DNA of 64,000 nt from contig NW_003314305.1 of NCBI RefSeq assembly GCF_000143415.4, forward strand, positions 1,274,834 to 1,338,833, given 5' to 3'. Positions 28,155 to 39,705 of the stretch are shown here, in pieces. Position 1 is the stretch's first letter. Each line of letters opens with the position of its first letter. This stretch comes from Selaginella moellendorffii (Eukaryota > Plantae > Lycopodiophyta). The position numbers and the translations under genes are program-made. Under the pieces are notes generated by a model. The model was not told the DNA's origin. It saw only the letters and a program-made list of their open reading frames with translations, and ran no database searches.

Positions 28155-29377
28155 TTACTTCCAGTTGAGAACAAATGGTCTGCATACACCGGTTTTTGCC
28201 TCCTCCTTTTGTGCCTTGTCGTAAGCTTTACCACTGTAATCTCTCCGGGCTAGATCTTGTAAGAAACGTCTCAAGCGGTTCTCAGCACGGACGCATTTCG
28301 TTGATCGATGCTCCCACAGCGGATCCTTCATTGGAAGCTTGTCTCTCATGTAAATCCTTCCCTTGAGGTTCTTTATAAGCCACCGGAGCTCCTGAAACAC
28401 GAAAGAAACGTATTTAAGTGTTTATCACAAAGACAAACTCACCTCTCTGTCAAACATCTCGTATGGTAAACAATGGATGTCATTGTGGATATTCAAGTTT
28501 CCGGACATGAGGCCATCAAACCATTTGTCAGACAAGCTCATGGTATACTCTTCCATCTATGAAAAATCATTCTTGATTAGAAAGATTTCAAAAGGACCTC
28601 ATGCATACCTCATTGTCTCTAATTCCTCCAATTCTCTTGATGGCAGGCTCTTCGCGTTGCAGACTATGCAAAACATACTCCACCACAGAAGGGCTGGCAT
28701 TGTGAAGCAAACCCGCTGCATTCAGACAAGAACATCTATCATCCATCACAAGAAAGAATGAGCTCTCACCCAAGTAGTTATAGAGCCTTCGCTTTCCAAC
28801 CAAAACTCCAGTGGCTTCCATCTTCTGGAAAAAAGGACCAAAAAGACCATTTTTTAGATAGATTGTGATGGTCGAAGGGAGAAAAACTACCTGGAGCGTC
28901 ATAACAGCATCATAGCATTCGTCCGGTAAGCATCCCCATCTTCGAAACAAAGAACAAAAAGGAAAGGTAAAAAGAGACGAAAAAATGGAACCAAATAACC
29001 AAAGAAACAAGGAAAAAAATGCAAAGAGAAAGAAAAATCACTCACTTGATAGCATTGTTGAGGCTCGTTGTGGAGAATGTAGCAAGAATTTTGGCCATAT
29101 GCAAAGACCAACGTCCCCTCTTCTTGAGCAGCGATTTGCATTTCCTAGTCGGCTCAAAATCCCCCTCGGGATCACTCTCGATGTCCCAATCGTCCAGCGG
29201 CTTCTTTGGTGCCAATGGCGGCTTCACGGGAATCCCCGCCCCAATCTTCGGTCGCTTGGATCTCTCCTGGAATCCTCTGCTGAAAAGGAGCAGCGCGGCA
29301 TACCTCCAATCCAATACTCCAATGCGCCTCTCCAATCCAGTCGTGGATCGTCCAGCTAGCGCCCGCGACGCGATCAT
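28155..29377 (-). CDS. Unrecognised multi-exon protein, possibly organelle-targeted; best-preserved of three copies
   Basis: ATG at 29377 (MIASRALAGRSTTGL...), splice-flanked ORF segments, last exon ...CRPFVLNWK*; exon structure not fully resolved. Confidence 0.5.
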
Positions 29378-29464
29378 GAACCCTAGAAATAATTTTCCCC
29401 CCATTTCAGTGACGTCAGCGTTGCCATATATAGCCCTTTCTTGGAAGAACCCTAATAAGGTTTT
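29378..29464. promoter_or_regulatory. 87-bp divergent interval (orphan gene / PUX1) with telobox-like AACCCTA motifs
   Basis: Head-to-head ATGs at 29377 and 29465; aaccctag and aaccctaa inside. Confidence 0.55.
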
Positions 29465-30536
29465 ATGGCGAGCGAAGCGCATTCTTCGCCCGGCGCCTGG
29501 CAGCAATCGCTGGTTTGTATCGTTTGATGAACTCTCCAATCCTGAAAATCCTCTCTTACAGGCGGCAGTGAGAAGCTTGATTGGAAGAGATCTCCGTGTG
29601 TTCGTCAATCCCGCGGCGTTGGAGGCCCCGATTCAGCACGCGACTGGCAAAGGCGAGAGAAGTCCTTTCCGAGTTTTCGATTTTGATGGGTATGATTCTG
29701 ATGGGGCAGAGGAGGCCGAGAGCGATGAATTCTACGAGCTAACTCCGGAAGATTATGCCCGATTGGTGTCCAAGAAAAGAGAAGGTCGGCAGGTTCGATC
29801 GTGTTGGTTCTTCCATATGATCTTTCACTCAAAGTTTCCTTTTTGCGTTTTTTCTTTTGCCTTCCAGAGAGATTCTTGAAGACAGCAAAAATCCGTGACG
29901 CTGAGGCAGCAGCTCGTAGATCCAAGTTTGCTAAGGTACTGAAATTGTCTGGATCGCCCGACTTACATTCTTTTCCCCTCGCAGGCCACACTTCGTGTCC
30001 AGTTCCCGGATAGCATCATCGTTGAGGCCGATTTTAGTCCTCTAGATCTGGTTTTGGAGCTTGTTACAATGCTGGAAAAATTGCTGCTAAAGCCAGAGAT
30101 CCCGTTCCATCTGTGTAAGTTCTCCTCTCAAAACTCTTTTTTTGTTCTAGTTCATGAAGCTTACACTTTGAAAGACAGACACAACGCCTCCCAAGCAAAT
30201 CCTCAAGGACTACAATGTTACCATGTACGATGCTGGCTTAGTTCCAGGAGCTCTTGTTTATCTATCCTACAACAATGGTAAGGGTGTCTTTGCACTTAGT
30301 TCCAGCGGTTCTAAGGGATCTCTTTTCCTCCAGATTTCCAAGGGCCATATCTCAAGGAGATCGTCCTCGCTTCACAGCATTCGGATGAAGAATCCAAAGA
30401 CCAAGTTTTAGCTCCACCAGCGGGATCTCCTCCTCGAGTAGCGTCCCCGGAAGAAACACGACCAAGCTCTCAACAAACAGTTCCTCTTGGTAAAGGAAGC
30501 AAGCCCAGGCCCAAATGGTTGAAGCTTGGAAAATGA
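29465..30536 (+). CDS. PUX1: Plant UBX-domain protein 1 (CDC48/p97 regulator), apparently intact
   Basis: DEFYELTPEDY, FLKTAKIRDAE, LRVQFPD, FHLYTTPPKQ, AGLVPGALVY, C-terminal PRPKWLKLGK*. Confidence 0.88.
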
Positions 30537-31061
30537 AAAGTTTTGGAAAGTAAGTTTCGGTGATTTCGTGGAGACACGGGGTTGAGTTGTAAATTGTGGA
30601 AAAATCAATAAAAATTATATCTTGACGAATGTACATTCAAAGATCATGTTTTTAGTAAACCTTTGAAACTATTGCCCATAGAAACTTGTCTAATTTAAAT
30701 CTTACAATAATCCTTTATAAATGAAGATGTTATAGAACAACTACAAATAAATATTGAATGCCCGAGTTGTTCTGGTACATCTGGGATCTCAATGAATAGG
30801 CTGAGAGGTTGCAGCAAATTTTACAAGCTGCGAGATTTATTTTCAAAGCTTTTGAAACTATTTTATTGGACACACTGCAGAATCAAGTGGAGCAAAGCAA
30901 ACGGATGAATCAAGAACGAAAAAAGTATCTGTGTAAATTAACTATCAGGGGACAGCGGCAGCAGAGTTCAGGCATGTTCTTGCGGAACAAGATCAGCAGC
31001 TGTAGAATCTGTAGTTGAACTCGCTTCAGAGCCCGTAACAGCGCCACTTTGATTCATAGCA

Positions 31062-32043
31062 TCATGGAGGCACCAAAGATGGTGCGAACATCAAAACATA
31101 ACTCACAACTGAAAGATTCTGAGTTGGAATGCTGCTCCAGGTCTTGCTCTCATAATCCAGAAAAAACAGCTTCTCCTTGTCCGGAATCATGAAGGTGCCT
31201 TCGTAAAAACAGATAGGAAGGATAGGATAGCGTCCCTCATTGAAATCACAGCTTGCCTCCTGAACAAGTTCGTTCGATGCACAGTCCAACCTCATCAGGC
31301 TCATCTGGCCTTTTAGCACAGCCACCATGAAAAACTGAGTTGCTGTTGTTACCATCCATTTGTACACAGAATTGTCCCTGAAAGATGAGCACTCAACAAA
31401 CCATCTCATTTCTTCCATGTTGAAGCTCAAAATCCCCCACATACGGCCATGTTCGGCAGAAAAATAAGCGTTGCTGTTAGCCATCCCAACTCCATATTTG
31501 AGATTATCCCAGCCAGGAAGGTAATCCACCGTGTCCCACACTCCCGATGTTGAGTGATATACATGCAATTGGTTTTCTTCATCTCCCGCTATACAAATCC
31601 AGTAACTCTGCATGGACGGTTCCAATACCAGGGCACAATCAATATTCAGGCATATCTGTGCTGCTTCCAGGGGCGGCGGGGGAAGCACCTTGAGAGATTG
31701 GGTGAGCGGATTGAGAGCAACATAGTCACGGCCCATCTTTACAAGCCTTGACAACCCTGATGTGACCGTAGACATCCTGACGGACCCAATCCTTCTGTGC
31801 TTCAGATCCAGCAACGAACGGGTTGCAGCTATAGAGTTCCTTACCATTTCGAGTTATACCCAAGACACGAGGAGGGCAAATCTGCTTGTTTATAGAGTGG
31901 TGTGCTGAATGGAACTTTGCAAATCTTGGTGAGTCTATGAGATCCCTCCACCGTTTGCACACGGCCCTGACGCGGCGGTGCAAAACAACTGCTGGCAAGC
32001 GCTTCAAAACCTCCTCTTCAACTATGTGCACCAAGATATCCAT
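31062..32043 (-). pseudogene. F-box gene copy with a frameshift
   Basis: Lacks ggtggattgctgtttgg (17 nt) near 31740 relative to 33716-34735, splitting the ORF. Confidence 0.85.
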
Positions 32044-32099
32044 ACCTACCCTTACAGAAAGGGCTTCTTCTAGGTAACAAACCGTCAAAAAACATTCAT

Positions 32100-32551
32100 G
32101 TACAATCCGTCCTCCTCGATCCGCTCCATTGCTATGGAGCTCCTTCCAGGCATCGCAGGAGCAGCCTCCGGCAGATGCCAAGCAGGAATTTCGAGCTTAA
32201 TCTCCCAGCTTGTACCATTTGCTGCAGCCTCTCAGCCTCTTCATGGAGATCACGGACTTACCGAAACAACTCTGGCACAACATTTTAAATCTTTAGAGCG
32301 TTGTTTCCAGATCATGTATCTGTAACGTTTTGCTTGAAACAAGTCCAAGATACCGGCAAGAAACGAACCCTGCCCTCCGAAGCCTCCCTCCCTATTCCTC
32401 TTGCAGTGGGCATTTTGCCGGTTTTACTATGCTGAGTGAACTGGATAGTGGCAAGATCGTCAGTCAGGTCCTTGGCTTTCTTTCCCGCAATTCTTAGACT
32501 TTGGAAGTCACAACCTCACACAGTGTTACCATTGTCTGTAAAGACTAACCT
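32100..32551 (-). pseudogene. Inverted partial copy of the FIP37-like remnant
   Basis: Reverse complement of 33176-33630. Confidence 0.7.
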
Positions 32552-32559
32552 CCAATTCG

Positions 32560-32730
32560 CATTCTTTTCTCCTCGCAGGCCACACGTCATGTCCAGTTCC
32601 CGGATAGGACCATCATTGAGGCAGATTTAGTCCTATAGATCTGGTTGTGGAGCTTGTTACAATGCTGTAAAAATTGCTGCGAAAGCCAGAGATCCCGTTC
32701 CATCTATGTAAGTTCTCCTCCCAAAACTCT
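32560..32730 (+). pseudogene. Isolated PUX1 UBX exon remnant
   Basis: Matches 29985-30130 with indels. Confidence 0.8.
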
Positions 32731-32794
32731 TTTTTTTTTTTTTTTGTTCTAGTTACATAATCTTATATGTTTGTGTTTTTATATGTTGTTATTA

Positions 32795-33630
32795 CCTCGT
32801 CTGATCTTGGACCATATAAAATCTCTCCAAGCATCCGAAGCTGCTTGAAAGACCAGGTTTGCAAGTTTGGTGTTGTGAGCTGTGTATTTTCATTTTCCTT
32901 TTTGTTTTCTGATTGTCTTTTCACAGCGCGCATCTTCCAGGCGTAAGGAAGCTGTCATGCTGATCCAATTGTCAAACAAGGAGCGCAAGAAATTGCAGAG
33001 ATGAAGGCATCTCTCTTCAATGTTTCTATTTTCTGTTGCGATTGCACTTTAGACTCTCGTTCACGATTTCAAGCTTCCGTTGAGGCCTCCAACGCTTGAT
33101 CTTACAACTTTGTTTGGTCTCAGTCACGTCGTCTTTTGCTGGATCCTGCTATACATGCACAATTTACGCGTATGAAGGTTAGTCTTTCCAGACAATGGTA
33201 ACACTGTGTGAGGTTGTGACTTCCAAAGTCTAAGAATTGCGGGAAAGAAAGCCAAGGACCTGACTGACGATCTTGCCACTATCCAGTTCACTCAGCATAG
33301 TAAAACCGGCAAAATGCCCACTGCAAGAGGAATAGGGAGGGAGGCTTCAGAGGGCAGGGTTCGTTTCTTGCCGGTATCTTGGACTTGTTTCAAGCAAAAC
33401 GTTACAGATACATGATCTGGAAACAACGCTCTAAAGGTTTAAAATGTTGTGCCAGAGTTGTTTCGGTAAGTCCGTGATCTCCATGAAGAGGCTGAGAGGC
33501 TGCAGCAAATGGTACAAGCTGGGAGATTAAGCTCGAAATTCCTGCTTGGCATCTGCCGGAGGCTGCTCCTGCGATGCCTGGAAGGAGCTCCATAGCAATG
33601 GAGCGGATCGAGGAGGACGGAATGCAGCTT
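32795..33630 (+). pseudogene. FIP37: FIP37/WTAP (m6A writer subunit)-like pseudogene
   Basis: Exon remnants RRKEAVMLIQLSNKE..EIAEMK, SRRLLLDPAIHAQFTRMK, IQFTQHSKTGKM, IGREASEGR|IHDL follow FIP37 motif order; stops and frameshifts present. Confidence 0.75.
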
Positions 33631-33715
33631 CTTGTACATGAATGTTTTTTGACGGTTTGTTTAACGTTTTTAAACTGCAAACTACCTAGAAGAAGCCCTT
33701 TCTGTAAGGGTAGGT

Positions 33716-34735
33716 ATGGATATCTTGGTGCACATAGTTGAAGAGGAGGTTTTGAAGCGCTTGCCAGCAGTTGTTTTGCACCGCCGCGTCAGGGCCGTGT
33801 GCAAACGGTGGAGGGATCTCATAGACTCACCAAGATTTGCAAAGTTCCATTCAGCACACCACTCTATAAACAAGCCGATTTGCCCTCCTCGTGTCTTGGG
33901 TATAACTCGAAATGGTAAGGAACTCTATAGCTGCAACCCGTTCGTTGCTGGATCCGAAGCACAGAAGGATTGGGTCCGTCAGGATGTCTATGGTCCCATC
34001 AGGGTTGTCAAGGCTTGTGGTGGATTGCTGTTTGGAAAGATGGGCCAGGACTATGTTGCTCTCAATCCGCTCACCCGAGCTCTCAAGGTGCTTCCCCCGC
34101 CGCCCCTGGAAGCAGCATATATATCCCCGAATATTCATTGTGCCCTGGTATTGGAACCGTCCATGCAGCGTTACTGGATTTGTATAGCGGGAGATATAGC
34201 AAAGCAATTGCATGTATATCACTCAAGATCGGGAGTGTGGGACACGGTGGATTACCTTCCTGGCTGGGGTAATCTCAAATATGGAGTTGGGATGGCTAAC
34301 AGCAACGCTTATTTTTCTGCCGAACATGACTGTATGTGGGGGATTTTGAGCTTCAACATGGAAGAAATGAGATGGTTTGTTGAGTGGTCATCTTTCAAAG
34401 ACAATTCCCCTATTCAAATTTGCTGGTCTATATACAAATGGATGGTAACAACAGCAAATCAGTTTTTCATGGTGGCTATGGTAGAAGACCAGATGGGGCT
34501 GATAAGGTTGGACTGTGCATCAAACGGACATGTTCAGGAGGCAGGCTGTGATTACAATGAGAAACGCTATCCTATCCCTCCAATCTGTTTTTACGAAGGC
34601 ACCTTCATGATTCCGGACGAGGAAAAGCTTTATTTTCTGGATTATGAGAGTAAGACCTGGAGCACCATTCCAACTCAGAATCTTTCAGTTGTGAGTTATG
34701 TTTTTATGTTCACACCATCTTTGGTGCCTCCATGA
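33716..34735 (+). CDS. F-box protein with an F-box-associated/beta-propeller-like C-terminus, intronless, 339 aa
   Basis: EEVLKRLP...RVRAVCKRWRDLIDSPRF F-box; CGGLL, YVALNPLTRALKVLPPPP. Confidence 0.88.
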   Translation: MDILVHIVEEEVLKRLPAVVLHRRVRAVCKRWRDLIDSPRFAKFHSAHHSINKPICPPRVLGITRNGKELYSCNPFVAGSEAQKDWVRQDVYGPIRVVKACGGLLFGKMGQDYVALNPLTRALKVLPPPPLEAAYISPNIHCALVLEPSMQRYWICIAGDIAKQLHVYHSRSGVWDTVDYLPGWGNLKYGVGMANSNAYFSAEHDCMWGILSFNMEEMRWFVEWSSFKDNSPIQICWSIYKWMVTTANQFFMVAMVEDQMGLIRLDCASNGHVQEAGCDYNEKRYPIPPICFYEGTFMIPDEEKLYFLDYESKTWSTIPTQNLSVVSYVFMFTPSLVPP

Positions 34736-35259
34736 TGCTATAAATCAAAGTGGCACTGTTACGGGTTCAGCTACAGATTCTACAGCTGCTGATCTCGTTC
34801 TGCAAGAACATGCCTAAACTTTGTTGCCGCTGTCCGTGAGAGTTAAGTTACACAGATACTTTTTTTCGTTCTTGAGTCATCCGTTTGCTTTGCTCCACTT
34901 GATTCTGCAGTGTGTCCAATAAAAAAGTTTCAAAAGCTTTGAAAATAAATCTTGCAGGTTGTACATTTGCTGCAACCTCTCAGCCTTGAGATCCCGGATG
35001 TACCGGAACAACTTGGGGCATTCAATATTTATTTGTAGTTGTTCTATAACATCTTCATTTATAAAGGATTATTGTAAGATTTAAATCAGACGAGTTTCTA
35101 AGGGCAATAGTTTCAAAGGTTTACTAGAAGCATGGTCTTTGAATGTACATTCGTCAAGATATAATTTTTATTGATTTTCCACAATTTACAACTCAACCCC
35201 GTGTCTCCACGAAATCACCGAAACTTTCCATTTTCTTACTTTCCAAAACTTTTCATTTC

Positions 35260-36051
35260 CCAAGCTTCAACCATTTGGGCTTGGGCTTGCTTCCTTTACA
35301 AACAGGAACTGTTTGTCGAGAGCTTGGTCGTGTTTCTTCCGGGGACGCTACTCGAGGAGGAGATCCCGCTGGTGGAGCTAAAACTTGGTGTTTGGATTCT
35401 TCATCCGAATGCTGTGAAGCGAGTACGATCTCCTTAAGATATGGCCCTTGGAAATCTGGAGGAAAAGAGATCCCTTAGAACCGCTGGAACTTCGTGCAAA
35501 GAGACCCTTACCACTGTTGGATAGATAAACAAGAGCTCCTGGAACTAAGCCAGCATCGTACATGGTAACATTGTAGTCCTTGAGGATTTGCTTGGGAGGC
35601 GTTGTGTCTGTGTTTCAAAGTGTAAGCTGCATGAACAAGAACAAAAAAAGAGTTTTGGGAGGAGGACTTACACAGATGGAACGGGATCTCTGGCTTTAGC
35701 TGCAATTTTTCCAGCATTGTAACAAGCTTCAAAACCAGATCTAGAGGACTAAAATCGGCCTCGGGAACTGGACACGAAGTGTGGCCTGCGAGGAGAAAAG
35801 AATGTAAGTCGGACGATCCATGGAATGACAATTTCAGTACCTTGGCAAACTTGGATCTACGAGCTGCTGCCTCAGCGTCACGGATTTTTGCTGTCTTCAA
35901 GAATCTCTCTGGAAGGCAAAAGAAAAAACACAAAAGGAAACTTCGAGTGAAAGATCATATGGAAGAACCAGCACGATCGAACCTGCCGACCTTCTCTTTT
36001 CTTGGACACCAATCGAGCATAATCTTCCGGAGTTAGCTCGTAGAATTCATC
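35260..36051 (-). pseudogene. PUX1 copy lacking 5' exons and with deletions
   Basis: Reverse-complement homologue of 29724-30530; deletion in the UBX exon near 35762. Confidence 0.88.
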
Positions 36052-36059
36052 TACGAGAA

Positions 36060-36917
36060 ATTTTCAGTAAACGTGCCACTGACCTTTCAGAAATTTAGTA
36101 ACAGAGTTCCGTTTATCGCTGATCTTAAGCCCAGAGTGGAGGACTTGCATAAGGTCTGTAATTCCCAGTTTGTGGTGACTCACAATATATTGCGATGTCA
36201 CAGATCGGTGGAACGCCTGGCGTTTTAAAGTATCTGCTTGAGGAGCGCTACCTCAATGGCGACTGCATCGCTGGTAACTTCAAGAAATGGAGTCATCTTG
36301 CGCAAAGTAACGTTTTTTTTCTCTCTCTCTCTCTTTTCTGGTATGTCCAATGACTGGCAAGACCTTGTCGGAAAATATATCCATCTGCCCGCCCTTGAGC
36401 GAGGGACAGGTAACTTAAAGTTTAACCTGGTGTTTCCTTGACATAATATTTTACAGGATGTCATACATCCACTCGATCGGCCTATCAAGTCGACTGGCCA
36501 CATACAGATCTTGTATGGAAACCTTGCTCCCGATGGCTCTATGCTTTCAGCGCTGTCTGAGAATCCTCAAAGCTTCAAGGTATGCTTTTTTTCTCTCAGT
36601 CCAGAGCAAGATATAAGTCACTGGTGATCGGTGAAATTCTCAGGCTCCGTGATTGTTATCAGGGGAGAAGGTCCAAGGGTGGTCCGGGAATGCCTGAGAT
36701 GCTAACACCTCATGGATCATGGATGGGATTTTGGCCGAGGACGAGCTAGCGGCACGAAAGAAAGCGTGGACAGCGCCACCTCTCAAGGCAACTCGTGGAA
36801 CGCTATACAAGGTATGAACAAAGCTAATAGAAAGCTGTCAAAAGTTTCACGGTGAATTTGATTTCCTTGCAGTACATCAAGAATGTGAAGTCCGCCTCGG
36901 AAGGGACCGATGAATAG
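36060..36917 (+). pseudogene. DHAD 3'-half remnant with many deletions
   Basis: Collinear with 53745-55064. Confidence 0.9.
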
Positions 36918-37011
36918 AAATTTTCTGTGAGACCAAGTTTGTATAGAGAAGTTTTAACGCGCTGGTAAAGTTTTTCCAGTATTTGGCGGTCCAGTATTTT
37001 TGTTCAGCACT

Positions 37012-37076
37012 CCGACTTTAGCTCAGTTGGAAGACGTGCTCCAGACATCCTTAGGTCGCTGTTTCGATTCCTCGGA
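37012..37076 (+). pseudogene. tRNA-Tyr pseudogene, anticodon arm deleted
   Basis: ccgactttagctcagttgg...ccagacatccttaggtcgctgtttcgattcc, syntenic with 55167-55249. Confidence 0.8.
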
Positions 37077-37109
37077 AACTCCTTTTGGAAGTGAGGTTTT
37101 TTTTTCTCA

Positions 37110-37680
37110 TATGGAATCAAGGATGGAATCGGTAGATTCCGACGTCGCCGCTTGCACTAGGCCGACCGGCGGCTGGGAGAGCCGTCGATTGCGCCAGCTG
37201 GACCACGACCCGTGGAGGATGCGTAACACGTGGGATAGAATATGCCGTTCGTACGTCACCGAGGTGTGTACCATCTGCGCCGCGGTGTCGGGGTGTGACC
37301 ACCGGTTCGTGGAGCGGCACGCCGCGGTGAAAGTGACGCAGGGTGAGATCCGGTGCCCGGCGGTGAACTGCGCGGTGAGTTTCAGCGACGAAGAGTGTGG
37401 GCGTTTGCTGTCCGAGAAGACCTTGGAAATGCTGGCCAAGCGCGTCATGGACTTGAGCATCCCGGACGGAGTATAAAGTGTATCTGTCCGTACAAGGACT
37501 GCTCCGAGATGATGAGCTGGAGGTGTCCGAGTCCACAATCGTCCAGCTCGGCATCCGCGTCGGCAGGGGCTTGTATGACGTTTCAGCTCTGCGTGACGTT
37601 GGTTGCTGAAAACGCTGGCAAAGAGGCGCCAGTATCGAGCGTGACGGTGGATGCGAACACATTAAATGCAACTATGTGAA
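37110..37680 (+). pseudogene. RBR E3 ligase remnant
   Basis: Collinear, deleted copy of 55460-56385. Confidence 0.88.
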
Positions 37681-37881
37681 TGTTTTCTTTTTCTTTAATC
37701 CGTCATTAAATCAGTCAATACTTCACTTAATGACAGTTTAAATTATATGAACAATGTCTATTTTAATAAAATATATGTTAATAATGAATTTTAGACAATT
37801 CACTTTGAAAGAAAAAAATGGATTTCTGCAATTAATTGAAAGCTTTTGAAATTTTACGAACATTCAATCTAGGATTGATTA

Positions 37882-37953
37882 ACCTTCATAGCTCTTTTGG
37901 TTAGAGCACCCATTTAGTAAGAAAAGGTGCTGGGTTCAAATCTCAGTGAAATA
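37882..37953 (+). pseudogene. Degenerate tRNA-Thr(AGT)-like sequence
   Basis: ttcatagctc..ttggttagagcaccc-tttAGTaag...ggttcaaatctcagtgaa resembles plant tRNA-Thr(AGT), with broken stems. Confidence 0.6.
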
Positions 37954-38044
37954 AAAGTGTCTATAATAGTACGAATATTCGATCGCTTAGTGGGCTTTCG
38001 CGAAGCGCATCGAAATCCGGGGCCGGCCCGGAATAAGCATTTTT

Positions 38045-38530
38045 GTGGAGGCGATCGCTCAGCGCTGGCCTGGTATGGTTGAATCTCGCGAAATATCGTG
38101 GTATTCTTAACTGGATTTCGTGTTCTTGAGGGGAAATGCAGGCTTTGGAATGGCCGTGAGTGGCGAGTGCAAGAACAAATTCCTGGAGCTCCAGATCTTC
38201 AAGATCGATGATGCCGCCAACGAGGTCGTGGTGGAGAAGCTGCCGAGAGCTACGATGATTTTGCAGCGTTCTTGCCAGAGAGCGATCGCCGGTATGCTGT
38301 CTTTGATTTCGATTTCGTGACAGAGGATCTGTGCCAAAGAGCAAGATTTTCTTCATTGCATGGTATGTTTCGATTCCTTTCGTCTTTGATAGCTTGCTCG
38401 ATAGAGTGATATCTCTCTCAGATAGTCTTCCTTTCAATCTCTTCCTCGCTAGCATTTTCTCAAGCTTTTCTCAAGCTCTATTCTAGAGCTTTATAGATGG
38501 ATCTTAGCTCCATTGTTCGTTTGGTTCAGG
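38045..38530 (+). pseudogene. ADF remnant
   Basis: [21 protein letters not shown] with deletions; collinear with 56990-57550; last exon missing. Confidence 0.88.
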
Positions 38531-38559
38531 CAGTCAAATTCCTCGCTATCTCTGGCAAC

Positions 38560-39060
38560 CGACAATAATGCTGCTGCGAGCGCATTCGGGATTGGATCGA
38601 GTGGAGCGAAACTGAGATCGGGGCTAGGATGCGAGAGGGTTTTCTGTGGGCGCTGCTGCTCGCGACTTGTGGCGCCATCGCTCTGGATGCGCTGGGTCGG
38701 TGCTGGAACGAGTTGCGTCAGGGCGAACAGCAAGGTACGTCAATCGATCGATCGTTTGAGCTTGGAGAATTCTGATTTCTTCTATTTCTTTGTTATTCGG
38801 GTAGAATCAAGGCGAGAGCACTGCTCTGGACGACGCGGACGCGCTGGCTTCTCGAGACAGTATGGAAGATGGAGGTGGAAACGTCCGGGGCAGTGTAGCG
38901 GGGGAAAAGAATCACGAATCGGTCGAGACGGAGGGGGAGGAGAAGAGGCCAGTGTGGATTTCTCGCGGGAGTTTGGAAGACACTGGGGGAAGTGATGCGA
39001 GCGAAGTGCTCGAAACTTTCACTGGCACCGACCAGAAAAACGACGGGGTCCGAGGCATCA
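38560..39060 (+). pseudogene. 5' remnant of the plastid-protein gene at 58064
   Basis: Collinear with 58050-58590. Confidence 0.85.
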
Positions 39061-39064
39061 TGTT

Positions 39065-39306
39065 TCTGCTGGAAATTCATGTTGTGTGATTTCCAGGTTG
39101 AGGATCCAATCGCCATGGGCTCTTGACATTGAGAAGCGACTGATTGATCTCGGCGTGGCCGAGGACAAGCTAGGATACGCCAGCTAGCGGCACGTGGACA
39201 GCGCCAGCCTCTCAAGGCAACTCGTGGAATGTGGTGGATTTGAACTAGAGACGTTTTAATGCGGTGGTAAATCGCTGGTTCGAATCCGGCCACTTTTTAC
39301 TCGGAA
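39065..39306 (+). pseudogene. Additional DHAD 3' exon plus tRNA-Tyr T-arm remnant
   Basis: cttgacattgagaagcgactgattgatctcggcgtggccgaggac; tcgctggttcgaatccggc. Confidence 0.7.
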
Positions 39307-39705
39307 ATGATGCGGATTTTGGCATGCGGGCATGATGCCTGGCATACCACGCCACGCGGGGGTAAGCGAACCCGGTCTCTTTTGCTCTTATACATGCTGC
39401 CCCATAATAACACTCACTACCCTAGAAACACTCTTGTAGATTCTATCCTATCTTCTCCATGCTCTAATGATTTCGTTTGTGTGCATGATGTCCTGATGCA
39501 GCAATTCTCTACTAAGGCAGAGCACTTCTTTCCCACTAGCGACCATGTTAGGCAATGGGAGGAAGCCTCTGAGCTGGTTGCATTCCTGGAGCAGCTGAAG
39601 AATGACGACTTTGTTGCTGTAGACAAGGTTTTTCTCTTTTTACTCCTTGCTCTTTGCTTCCCATTTCTTTCTTTTTTGTTTTCTATGTTCATTTTTTTGC
39701 TTTTA

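Larger units (their letters stand above)
29724..36051. repeat. Large inverted repeat 2: arms ~29724-32551 and ~33176-36051, spacer ~625 bp
   Basis: Mirrored PUX1, F-box and FIP37 segments; identical mirrored ORFs 31886+/33682-. Confidence 0.93.
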
